Shown: one piece after another, positions 19,930 to 28,975 of the stretch
Numbering within the stretch: position 1 is the stretch's first letter
Layout: each line of letters opens with the position of its first letter
From: an uncultured Acidobacteriota bacterium
GTDB lineage: Bacteria > Acidobacteriota > UBA6911
Direction: 5' to 3'
DNA: 64,000 bases
Assembly: GCA_963809485.1 (NCBI GenBank)
Contig: CAWEJX010000020.1
Coordinates: 1,088,001 to 1,152,000 of the forward strand
Translations under genes and position numbers: made by a program
Notes under the pieces: model-generated
Seen by the model: only the letters and a program-made list of their open reading frames with translations
What the model was told of the DNA's origin: nothing
Database searches by the model: none

Positions 19930-20009
19930 TCAGCGTACGTCGGCGTAATTGAATTCTGGAGCTGGCAAACCCGCGGAGTCTCCCGGCGAAGCCGGGGTAC
20001 GACCGATGC
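19930..20009 (-). mobile_element. Degenerate half copy of the IS200-like MITE
   Basis: TCAGCGT...GGAGCTGGCAAACCCGCGGAGTCTCCCGGCGAAGCCGGGGTACGACCGATG aligns by eye with the MITE end; same orientation. Confidence 0.6.
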
Positions 20010-20044
20010 ATGTATGCAGCGCACTCTTTAAAAACGCGCTTTTG

Positions 20045-21883
20045 TTACGGAATCGGCTTCAGATCAACGGTCCTGGTCAATTTGCCGGCTTTCCTCGAGG
20101 TGTAATCAAACGTTACCGACCCTTTGCCCGAAAGCACGAACTGAAATTCCGCCTTCCCGCTGCCCGGCACCTGCATCATCTGCAATTCCGGCCTGTATGC
20201 CTTGTATTCGACCCGGTCCAGGTATGCGTCCAGCAACGCTCCACCTGCAATAACCTTGATCCCCTGCCCGGAGACTTTCAGCATGTCGCGCGGATACAGG
20301 TTCTTCTGCACCGCGCCGTAGCTCATCGATGGAATTGTGTGCGCGTTCGCCAGGCGAACGCGGACCTTATAAAGCGTATCGCCGATCTTCTCGATCGAGA
20401 AGACGTCCATGCTTATCTTGGGCGTTTGGGCCGCGGCGTACAGCACCACCGACGCGTTTCTGAACACGAGATCGTTCAGCATGAACGGGTGCGGCAGGCG
20501 CGAGCTCATCTTGACCCAGCCGCCGATTTCTATGTCCCCGTATTGCGGGTGTTTGAAGGGCTTCCACGGCTTGTAGAGTTCGCCCTGGACGACGTTGTCG
20601 CTGAATTTCAGGCGCTCGCGTTCCTGTGCAGGGTTGCTTCCCGTCAAATCCATCCCGCCCGGCGATTGCGGCTTCTCATCAGGGCCGCGGTACATTTCCG
20701 CCTCACTGACAAAAAGCTCCCCCACGAAACTGTATGCGCCCGCCAAGTTTTCAGTGAAGTCTGCGAAGTCGCCGTTGGTTGTGTACAGATCCTTCCACGA
20801 CACCAGATACCGGTAGCCGGGAACGATTTTTTCGGCGTTCTTGCCGAGGATGTCGTACACCGCCACATCGGATGGATTCATCGGCTCCCCGGATTTCGCG
20901 GTCGGTCCGCGGAGATACATTCCGCCGCTGTTGTGGAACGCGAAGACAACGATGATGTTGGGGCGATCCATGATGTACTTCGCAATGGCGCGCAATCCCG
21001 ACGCTTCAAAGGGGAAATCTCCGGCGCCGCTTTGCACATAAGGCGGGAACCACCGGAAACCCCAGTTGCGGTTTCCGTCCATATACCCTTCCTCGTCCTC
21101 GTTAATCCGCCCGTCTCCGTCGTTGTCGCTCCCCTCTTCGCCAAGCAGAGTCCACTCCGCCTTGTCGCCGGGCTTCAGCGGCACCATCAGCCGGGGCTCC
21201 TCGGGATCCGTCTTGTAGCGGCCGAACGGGTCGCGCTTGCGCATCGTGCAGATGTTCCCGTCGCCGTCGAGATCGTCCGGGCCGTCCTCATCGACAAGGC
21301 CGTCGTGATCATCATCTTTCGGGATCCGAATGCTGCGGTTTGAGCTGGGCGTGTTGGCGTCGTGGAAGAAGTGATAGCGGCCGTCCACGTTCACGACCGG
21401 GATCACGTAAAAAGCGTTCCGGTCGACCAGTTCCGTGACCTGGCTGTTGGAGCCGTAGAGGACGAGCAGGCGGTTTAAAAACGCCAGCGCGACTTCGGCG
21501 GCCTGGATTTCGTTGCCGTGGATGTTACCGTCCACATATACGCCGGGCTTGGAGAGAGCGGCTCCGGTCTTCGGATTGTTGACGGTCATGGCCCAGATTT
21601 CGCGCCCCTCCTCGCTTTTGCCTACCACATCGATGGCCGTCAGCCCCGGATAGGCTTCGTGCAGCGCGCGCAGCGCCTCGCCCACCTGCTCGTAGGTGTA
21701 GTAGCGATCAAAACGGAGCGGGACCGTTATCTTTTCGCTGGAGGTGAACGCCAGCGCCTTCTGCGGCGGCGCGGATGCGTCCGGCGCACTTTGCGTCGTG
21801 CGGGACGGCGACTGGGCGGCGCCGCGATACCCGGCTGCCAGGACAGCCGTCAGTATGGCCATAAGCGCGATACGTTTTTTCAT
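20045..21883 (-). CDS. Secreted M14 zinc carboxypeptidase-family protein
   Basis: Signal peptide; GNIHGNE (HxxE), GNRNW, FAFHNSGG; DxDxDG Ca-binding loops. Confidence 0.92.
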   Translation of the reverse strand: MKKRIALMAILTAVLAAGYRGAAQSPSRTTQSAPDASAPPQKALAFTSSEKITVPLRFDRYYTYEQVGEALRALHEAYPGLTAIDVVGKSEEGREIWAMTVNNPKTGAALSKPGVYVDGNIHGNEIQAAEVALAFLNRLLVLYGSNSQVTELVDRNAFYVIPVVNVDGRYHFFHDANTPSSNRSIRIPKDDDHDGLVDEDGPDDLDGDGNICTMRKRDPFGRYKTDPEEPRLMVPLKPGDKAEWTLLGEEGSDNDGDGRINEDEEGYMDGNRNWGFRWFPPYVQSGAGDFPFEASGLRAIAKYIMDRPNIIVVFAFHNSGGMYLRGPTAKSGEPMNPSDVAVYDILGKNAEKIVPGYRYLVSWKDLYTTNGDFADFTENLAGAYSFVGELFVSEAEMYRGPDEKPQSPGGMDLTGSNPAQERERLKFSDNVVQGELYKPWKPFKHPQYGDIEIGGWVKMSSRLPHPFMLNDLVFRNASVVLYAAAQTPKISMDVFSIEKIGDTLYKVRVRLANAHTIPSMSYGAVQKNLYPRDMLKVSGQGIKVIAGGALLDAYLDRVEYKAYRPELQMMQVPGSGKAEFQFVLSGKGSVTFDYTSRKAGKLTRTVDLKPIP

Positions 21884-23937
21884 TGCAAACCTCCCAACCG
21901 GACTTCCGCTGAATCGCCCCCGGCGTTTGCCGACTCCAGCTTCAGCTGAAGTGCCTGCGGCTTTTTCGACTGAATAAGGTATTTCAGCTTAACGCTCTTC
22001 ATCGCGTCTATATCATTGATTGTCATGCGATCCCTTCCGGAGAGGAAGACCAGCCCGCTGCCGCCGATGGTGAGAACAACCGGGCCGACACGGCGGTTGC
22101 GCTTTCCCATGGCCGTCGGAAGAGGGAGTTCGCCCGCATTTTGAATCCAGGCCGTCAGTTCATATACGCCCGCATCTTTGACCGCGACTTCGGTCTTGAG
22201 GATCTTCACCCGCGGCAGCTTTGCCGCGAGCCTGAATACCCATGGAGCCTGGCCCTCGATCAGGCTTCTGATCATCGCAGGCGGCGGCGTGCTGTCCGCG
22301 TAGGGAACCGCGCCGCCGATCTCCACATCGCCCAGGGCCGCATGTTTGAACGGCGCCCACGCGGCAAATCCCTTGCCGTCGAGGGCCTTGTCGCTAAACG
22401 CCGCCAGCGCCTTCAGCTTCGGATCGACGGCGCCCGTCTCTTTGGGTTTGGGCATCTGCTTAAGCATCCCCGAGATTTGCTTCGGTGTTATCTTGCCGCT
22501 CTTAACTCCCTCGATGACGGCCGCCGGCTTGATGGTATCCGGGGCGCCGACCTCCTTTAGGAAAACGGCAAGCTTATCCTCCCCCAGCGCCAGGAATGCG
22601 TCAGCCTGCATTCCTTCGAGCGTATCAGCCGTGATGCCGCTCGTGCCGGATTTCTTCTCGGCGACATCGGGCAGCGTCCAGAAATCCAGACTGAAAGTAG
22701 GGACTCCGAGGTGATAATAGGACCACAATTCGAAGGAAGCGTCCTTGGGCTGTGCCGGCGCGAGGCGCTTGCCGTCAAGTTTGCTTTGCTTGAGAAACTC
22801 CTTGTAGCGTTCGGAGAACTCATTGTAGTACTTCAGGTCTTCTTCGAGCGGATTCACAACCGCGCCAAGTTCAAGGATCGACGCGACCGTCGCCTCGGTA
22901 ATTTCCATGCCCGGCGGCGCCATGGGCCGGACGAATTCCATGATTTCCTGCATCGTGTAGGTGGCGCCCGGATCGAGGCCGAACATTTTGGCATAGCGCT
23001 CGGGGATCTTGATTTTGGTGAGATCGACCGAGCCTTGCCGGCCTCCCGCGGGTGGCTGCAGGCACATATTGGTGGCTCCCAGGGTAAAGGTCATGGCGAT
23101 TTCAGGATGGTCCATCACGAACCTCATCACGGCGAACGTCTCCGGTTCGCTTCCGGGCCAGTCTCCGCTCGTTGCGGTGAAATGTCTGAACAGGTGCGGA
23201 AAAGTGGCGCTGATGTCCGTTCCACCCGGGCCATCCTCGTTATATTCGCCGTCGCCGTCGTTGTCGATGCCCTCGGTATAAAGCTTGTAAAGGCCCTTCT
23301 CCCCTTTCGACGGATCGGCGCGTCTCATGAGGCGCGCGTCATCCCCGTCCGGGATCCACTCGCCGGCCGGATCCTTCGCGCGCATTTCGGTGATGATGCC
23401 GTTGCCGTCCAGATCCTCCGGACCGTCCTCGTCCGCGGCGTCATCCATATCGTCGTTGTGCGGGTTGCCGTTCCTGCCGCTGGCGAACATCGGCTTCGCA
23501 AAGAAACGCTCCGCGCCGTCCGGATTGCCGGCGGCGAGGATGTACCAGGTAAGGTCCTTCCGCGTCTCCTCTTTGCCGATCACCTGCTGAGCGAGAAATA
23601 CCGCGGCTTCGGAGGCTATAGGGAGCGTGCCTTCCAGGTTGGCGACGATGAAGACCGCCGGCGCCCGGCGCGCCTTGCTGCCGATCTCAGGACCTGCTTC
23701 GAGCACAATCAGGTCGCGCCCTCCCGGGCTTTGCCCGATTCTGTGAACCGCCGTCAGGGCGGGATTTGCCTGGTTGATTGCCGAAATAGCCGCATTCATT
23801 TCCTGCGGCGTGTGATAGCGGTCGAACTCAACCGTGTCCGCGGATTTTGTGCCTCCTGCGGCGGTAAGCCCGACCGTGATGCCCAGGATAAGGACCCGGC
23901 AGGTTGCGTGCATCATGGTTTCCCTCATGGATCTCAT
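21880..23937 (-). CDS. Secreted M14-fold paralog lacking the zinc ligands
   Basis: Same architecture (FDRYH, IGQSPGGR, DLDGNG, GDVEIGG) but ANLEGT and FTLGATN replace HxxE and the third His. Confidence 0.85.
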   Translation of the reverse strand: MRSMRETMMHATCRVLILGITVGLTAAGGTKSADTVEFDRYHTPQEMNAAISAINQANPALTAVHRIGQSPGGRDLIVLEAGPEIGSKARRAPAVFIVANLEGTLPIASEAAVFLAQQVIGKEETRKDLTWYILAAGNPDGAERFFAKPMFASGRNGNPHNDDMDDAADEDGPEDLDGNGIITEMRAKDPAGEWIPDGDDARLMRRADPSKGEKGLYKLYTEGIDNDGDGEYNEDGPGGTDISATFPHLFRHFTATSGDWPGSEPETFAVMRFVMDHPEIAMTFTLGATNMCLQPPAGGRQGSVDLTKIKIPERYAKMFGLDPGATYTMQEIMEFVRPMAPPGMEITEATVASILELGAVVNPLEEDLKYYNEFSERYKEFLKQSKLDGKRLAPAQPKDASFELWSYYHLGVPTFSLDFWTLPDVAEKKSGTSGITADTLEGMQADAFLALGEDKLAVFLKEVGAPDTIKPAAVIEGVKSGKITPKQISGMLKQMPKPKETGAVDPKLKALAAFSDKALDGKGFAAWAPFKHAALGDVEIGGAVPYADSTPPPAMIRSLIEGQAPWVFRLAAKLPRVKILKTEVAVKDAGVYELTAWIQNAGELPLPTAMGKRNRRVGPVVLTIGGSGLVFLSGRDRMTINDIDAMKSVKLKYLIQSKKPQALQLKLESANAGGDSAEVRLGGLQ

Positions 23938-24212
23938 AATTTTCCCGGAGAGGATCTACACGGATTCTTCCCCGGCGTTTATCCGCATCCATCAAATGCC
24001 GAAGAAAGGACGCCGGGCGGGGATTATATACCATTTGTGAGGTTCAGGAGATTTTTGGCAATCGGGAATTCTCCCCCAGCGCCTGGGCCCATGCCTGGCA
24101 AGCGGGCGTTCTGGACGCGGGTTTGCAGGCTTGCTGCTTCCTGCTTTTAACGCGGATAAAAATCCTGTACCATCCCGGCTATCGACCTAAATCACACATC
24201 AAGGAGGCTCTC

Positions 24213-24872
24213 ATGGCTGCTCAGGTCCCCAAGGGTTGGTACGATATTTCCGTACCCCTCAAACAAGGAATGAACTATCTGTCGATCGATCCGGTGGCGC
24301 CCAAAATCTATCGCTACAGCGACGTGGATCTAGGCTCAAAGGTCACCATGACCATGCTGGAGATCATCTCGCACACCGGAACGCACATCGATGCCCCGCG
24401 CCATTTCATCCCGGGCGGGTCCACGATATCGGATATGGCCCTCGACGCCACCATCGGGCCGGCGCGCGTCCTCGAAATCAAGGATCCCCAAAAGATCAAG
24501 GTGCCGGAACTGAAAAAGCACAACATAAAGAAGGGCGAACGGATCCTGTGCAAGACGCGGAACTCGCCGACAGTTTATGAATCTTCGAAATTCATCGAGG
24601 ATTATGTGTATCTCGACGCCGATGCCGCCGCTTACCTTGCGGAAAAGCAGATAGTGCTTTTCGGCCTGGATTGCATCACCATCGGTTACTTCAAGGATGA
24701 AGAGAGCATAGTTAAAACACACCAGAGCCTGCTCTCTGCAGGCATTTATATTTTGGAGGATTGCGCGCTGGGCAACGTGCCGCCCGGCGAATACGAGCTC
24801 CTTTGCCTGCCGCTTCTCATGTACCACGGCGACGCCGGCCCATGCCGGGCCATCCTCCGCCCGTTGAAATAG
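24213..24872 (+). CDS. Cyclase family / kynurenine formamidase-like metallohydrolase
   Basis: HTGTHIDAPRH motif, G+D, H..LL..GIYILE, GDAGPCRA. Confidence 0.9.
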   Translation: MAAQVPKGWYDISVPLKQGMNYLSIDPVAPKIYRYSDVDLGSKVTMTMLEIISHTGTHIDAPRHFIPGGSTISDMALDATIGPARVLEIKDPQKIKVPELKKHNIKKGERILCKTRNSPTVYESSKFIEDYVYLDADAAAYLAEKQIVLFGLDCITIGYFKDEESIVKTHQSLLSAGIYILEDCALGNVPPGEYELLCLPLLMYHGDAGPCRAILRPLK

Positions 24873-24941
24873 ACCTGATTGTTTGGACGGTATTATTGGG
24901 TACCGCAAAACAGGCTGAGGCCCGAGAAGGCAGTTTTTTGC

Positions 24942-25496
24942 TTATACCCTTATAAGAAACCGGCAGGAGGGAGCGCCCTGCTTAATCGACTGGACAAGCT
25001 CGACACGGACGGGCTTTTGCGCCAGGGTGTCAAAAACCTCCCGGACCCAGCCCGCCGAACAGTGGCAATAGGTTTTGGGCAGCAGGATTGAGCTGTCGGC
25101 CATAAGCTCGCAATAGCATCGTGAATAGCCCCAGCGGATGGTATCACCGTCCATGCCGAGGTTGTCTTTTCCCAGCGTCCCGGCCATAGTTTCGATGAAT
25201 CCCCTGATGTTGCCCTCATATTTCTTTGCCAGCGTCAGGATCCCGCTGCGGCGGGCGCATGCGCGTCCGCAATCTTCCATCAGCTTCACCCGGCTTGGTT
25301 CATCCAGCTGCCTCTCCAAGTTCTGCATCAGCGTCAGAACATAGGCTTCGCGAAAGCGTCTTTCGGCTTCGCGGGCTTTCTTTGCTTTTTCCCCGGCGTC
25401 GTCCCCCGGCTTAGTCTCCTGCCCTGTCAGGAAGGCCCCTCCTCCGCAGGCAAGACAAAGCTGCGCGGTCCGCATCAGAAATTCCTTTCTTTCCAT
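24942..25496 (-). CDS. Cys-motif protein (DUF6144/V4R-like) with a Tat-like leader
   Basis: MERKEFL leader; CGRAC, CYC, YCHCSAGW, GAPSCRF; GGAGG RBS. Confidence 0.75.
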   Translation of the reverse strand: MERKEFLMRTAQLCLACGGGAFLTGQETKPGDDAGEKAKKAREAERRFREAYVLTLMQNLERQLDEPSRVKLMEDCGRACARRSGILTLAKKYEGNIRGFIETMAGTLGKDNLGMDGDTIRWGYSRCYCELMADSSILLPKTYCHCSAGWVREVFDTLAQKPVRVELVQSIKQGAPSCRFLIRV

Positions 25497-25902
25497 CGTC
25501 CCTCCTGAATATCGGGTTAGCCCGCGATAGGACACTCCCGGGATTTGGGATACGGAGGCTTCCTACATGTATCGGCAATTCTCCGATGTACCGGAAGACC
25601 CATTGAACTTCGCAGTGTCGGGATCAAATAACGCCGACACACGCTGAAAAAAACGCGGACGAACGCGGACCCCAGACGAGGGAGTCTGCGCGCAAAACCC
25701 GACGAAGCTCATCCAAGGAGCTTTGGACATACGCAATTGCATCCCACTCTATCGATACTGTCCATTGATCTTGGCCCGGTTCGACACCCGCATCGTCCGG
25801 GAATTTTTATCCTGAATGGAATTGTACTATAATGAATGCGATCATTTCTTAGCGCTTTTTTTGTTTCCCGCGACCGCAGACAGGCCGGAGGGTATCCTGC
25901 CC

Positions 25903-28497
25903 ATGATCGGCCAGACCGTTTCGCATTACAAGATTCTGGAGAAGCTCGGCAGCGGCGGCATGGGTGAAGTGTTTCTTGCCGAGGACACATCGCTGCGCCG
26001 GAGAGTGGCGCTCAAGTTTCTTCCCCCGGATAAGCAGCAGAGCGAAACGGCTCACAACCGTTTCCTGCACGAAGCCAGATCCGCAGCGACCCTGGAGCAC
26101 GCCAACATCTGCACCATCCATGAAGTTGGCGCCATAGGGGACAAAGACTTCATCGTGATGGAATACGTGGACGGCCAGACGCTTCAGAAACGTCTGGCAG
26201 AATCGCCCTTGCCCGTAGCCGATGCGCTGCAGATTGCGCTCGAGGTCGCCGAAGCAATAGAGGAGGCTCACGATAAGGGCATAATCCACAGGGACCTGAA
26301 ACCGGCCAACATCATGCTGACACGCAAGGGACGGGCCAAGGTCATGGATTTCGGCCTGGCCAAGCATCTGATTTATCCGGACCAGGTCGACAGCAAGGCC
26401 GAGACGTTGACGATCACCAATTACGAGGACACCCCCGGCGGGACGTTGGCCTACATGTCTCCCGAACAGCTGCGCGGTGAATCCGTCGATTTCCGGTCGG
26501 ACATATTTTCACTGGGCGTCGTCTTCTACGAGATTTTGACACGGCTTCATCCTTTCCGGGCATCCACCGCAATCGTCACAAGCGACCGCATCCTGCATGA
26601 AGCGCCGGTTCCCGTGGGCAAGCTCAACCCGGAAGTCCCGGCGGATATCGAGCGTCTGATTCAAAGAATGCTGGCCAAGGATCCTGCAGAACGTCCCGCC
26701 GGCATGCGCGAAATAATCGACGGTCTGCGCGCCGCCCTCCCGCCGGCATACGCTGCCTGGCATGAGCCTGGAGGCGCGCTGCAGCTGTTGAGGCGCCGAT
26801 GGAAACTGATCCTTGCCGTTTGCGGAATCGGACTGCTTTTGCTGGCTGCAGGCTTCTTCGTGCTGCGCCCGACAGTCCGCAAAGATATCGCGGGCAGCGT
26901 GCCTGCCCGGATGCACCTGGCGGTCCTTCCTTTCACTGCCATTAACGCTACCGGGGAAGCCGCGGCGTTCAGCCGGGGATTGACGGAAACGCTGAATGCC
27001 AGGCTGACCCGGGTCACCGAGCGCCACTCTCTGCAGGTCGTTCCCGCAAGCGACATACGCGCCCAGGATATCCGCACTCCCGACCAGGCGCGGCGGGAAT
27101 TGGGCGTGAACCTTGTGCTGGAAGGGAGTTTTCAATGGGCCGGCGATATGCTGCGTGTAACTTACGTATTGCTGGACATGATCACTCACCGGCAGCTCCG
27201 GGCCGATACCATCACGGCCGCTGCCGCCGATCCGTTTGCTATTGAGGATATGGTGGTGGCCAGCGTGCTGAACAACCTCGACGTTGAGCTCCGGCCCGCG
27301 GAAAAAAACGCCCTGGCCGCGAGGGGGACACAGCAACCCTCCGCCTATGATTACTATTTGCGCGCCCGCGGCTACCTGCAGGAATACCAGAAACCTGAGA
27401 GCATCCGGAGCGCCATCGACGTGCTCCAGCGCGCCCTCGAGCTGGATCCCAAATACGGTCTGGCATACGCGGGACTGGGCGAAGCCCAATGGCTTCAGTA
27501 CAAGCAGACCAGGGACGCGAAATGGGTGGAGGAAGCGCTTGCTTCATGCAGGCGGGCGGTTGTCCTGGATGCCGACCTTGCGGGCGGACACAGCTGCCTG
27601 GGCACCGTATTCACCGGAACGGGGCAATATGAACAGTCGGTCCGCGAGTTTCAGCGCGCGGTAGCCCTGGACCCGACAAGCGACGATGCCCACCGCGGCC
27701 TGGCATCCGCCTACGAAAAGCTGGGCATGTTATCCGATGCGGAGCGAACATTCCGCCGGGCCATCGACCTGCGGCCGCAATACTGGGCAGGCTATAACTG
27801 GCTTGGGGCATTTTATGCCGGTCAGGGGCGATATGGCGAGGCCGGCCGGCAGTTCGTTCAGGTAACCAAACTGGCGCCGGACAGCTTTGTCGGCTTCGCC
27901 AACCTGGGCGGAATCTATCTTCTCGATGGACGCTATGCCGAGGCGACTTTAATGCTCGAGCGCTCGGTTGCCCTGAGACCCACAAGCCAGGCATATTCCA
28001 ATCTCGGCACGGCCTGTTTCTTCCAGAGAAAATTCGACGAGGCAGCCCGCGCTTACCAGGGAGCCACAGAACTGGATCCCAAGGAATGGCTGCTCTGGGG
28101 CAACCTGGGCGATGCGTATCACATGACTTCAGACAAGCGCGACCGGGCCGCCGAAGCCTATCGCCAGGGGCTGGCGCTTGGTGAACTCCAGTTGAAGGTC
28201 AATCCGCGCGATGTAACCTTGCTCGGCTATATGGCCTACTATCACGCCATGCTGGGCGAGAAAGAAAAGGCGCGTGAATGCTCCCGGCAGGCGCTTGCCC
28301 TTAATCCCGGCAACCCGGAGCTTCTTTTTAACCTCGGGCTCGCCTGCAGTCAGATGGGCGAGACAGTGCAAGCACTGGATTATCTGAAAAGGGCGCTGGC
28401 CGCAGGCTACTCCCGGCCGACTGTGCGGGATACGCCGTTGCTGGACGGGCTGCGCGCCAAAAGTGAATTTCAAAAGCTTTTGCGGCTGTTTCCTTAA
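25903..28497 (+). CDS. Hanks-type Ser/Thr kinase - TM - TolB_N/FlgO-like domain - TPR repeats
   Basis: LGSGGMG, VALK, HRDLKPAN, DFG, YMSPE; TM helix; LAVLPF; many ALELDP-type TPRs. Confidence 0.95.
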   Translation: MIGQTVSHYKILEKLGSGGMGEVFLAEDTSLRRRVALKFLPPDKQQSETAHNRFLHEARSAATLEHANICTIHEVGAIGDKDFIVMEYVDGQTLQKRLAESPLPVADALQIALEVAEAIEEAHDKGIIHRDLKPANIMLTRKGRAKVMDFGLAKHLIYPDQVDSKAETLTITNYEDTPGGTLAYMSPEQLRGESVDFRSDIFSLGVVFYEILTRLHPFRASTAIVTSDRILHEAPVPVGKLNPEVPADIERLIQRMLAKDPAERPAGMREIIDGLRAALPPAYAAWHEPGGALQLLRRRWKLILAVCGIGLLLLAAGFFVLRPTVRKDIAGSVPARMHLAVLPFTAINATGEAAAFSRGLTETLNARLTRVTERHSLQVVPASDIRAQDIRTPDQARRELGVNLVLEGSFQWAGDMLRVTYVLLDMITHRQLRADTITAAAADPFAIEDMVVASVLNNLDVELRPAEKNALAARGTQQPSAYDYYLRARGYLQEYQKPESIRSAIDVLQRALELDPKYGLAYAGLGEAQWLQYKQTRDAKWVEEALASCRRAVVLDADLAGGHSCLGTVFTGTGQYEQSVREFQRAVALDPTSDDAHRGLASAYEKLGMLSDAERTFRRAIDLRPQYWAGYNWLGAFYAGQGRYGEAGRQFVQVTKLAPDSFVGFANLGGIYLLDGRYAEATLMLERSVALRPTSQAYSNLGTACFFQRKFDEAARAYQGATELDPKEWLLWGNLGDAYHMTSDKRDRAAEAYRQGLALGELQLKVNPRDVTLLGYMAYYHAMLGEKEKARECSRQALALNPGNPELLFNLGLACSQMGETVQALDYLKRALAAGYSRPTVRDTPLLDGLRAKSEFQKLLRLFP

Positions 28498-28512
28498 ACC
28501 AGGGAGGCTCAA

Positions 28513-28821
28513 ATGGGAGGCTCAGTAAATAACGTTACAATTAGGGTGTTGAGGGGTGCTATCAGCGTCACTCCAGAAACCGTGAATTTATCGGCAAGCA
28601 ACGGGGATTATATAGTTTGGATTGCAGATCCTGATAGTCTGGATTTCCTCGTCTGTTTCGGCGACAAATCTCCCTTCAGGGGTTCACATTTTACAAATCG
28701 ACACCATAACTCCGGCCCGCCCCAGGTCGTCCCCGGCTTGGGCCATGACGTGGAGTTCTTCAAGTACAGCGTGGAGGTCGGAGAGCTCAAAGTGGATCCC
28801 GGCGTGATCATCAAAACGTAG
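28513..28821 (+). CDS. Small beta-rich hypothetical protein ending in KYSV...DPGVII
   Basis: 15 bp after the kinase stop with AGGGAGG RBS; alternating hydrophobic beta pattern. Confidence 0.75.
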   Translation: MGGSVNNVTIRVLRGAISVTPETVNLSASNGDYIVWIADPDSLDFLVCFGDKSPFRGSHFTNRHHNSGPPQVVPGLGHDVEFFKYSVEVGELKVDPGVIIKT

Positions 28822-28975
28822 CCAGATGGATCGGTTTTTCTACACCGCGGGAATCAGTTCGTCGATACAGGTCCCTGTTTGTCTGGCGCTGGCCGGATAG
28901 ATCGAGGCGAAATGACAGCCTCCGGCAGAGCCGGCGGATTGCGCCATAAACTTCACGCGCAGAAAATTCCCGCCA

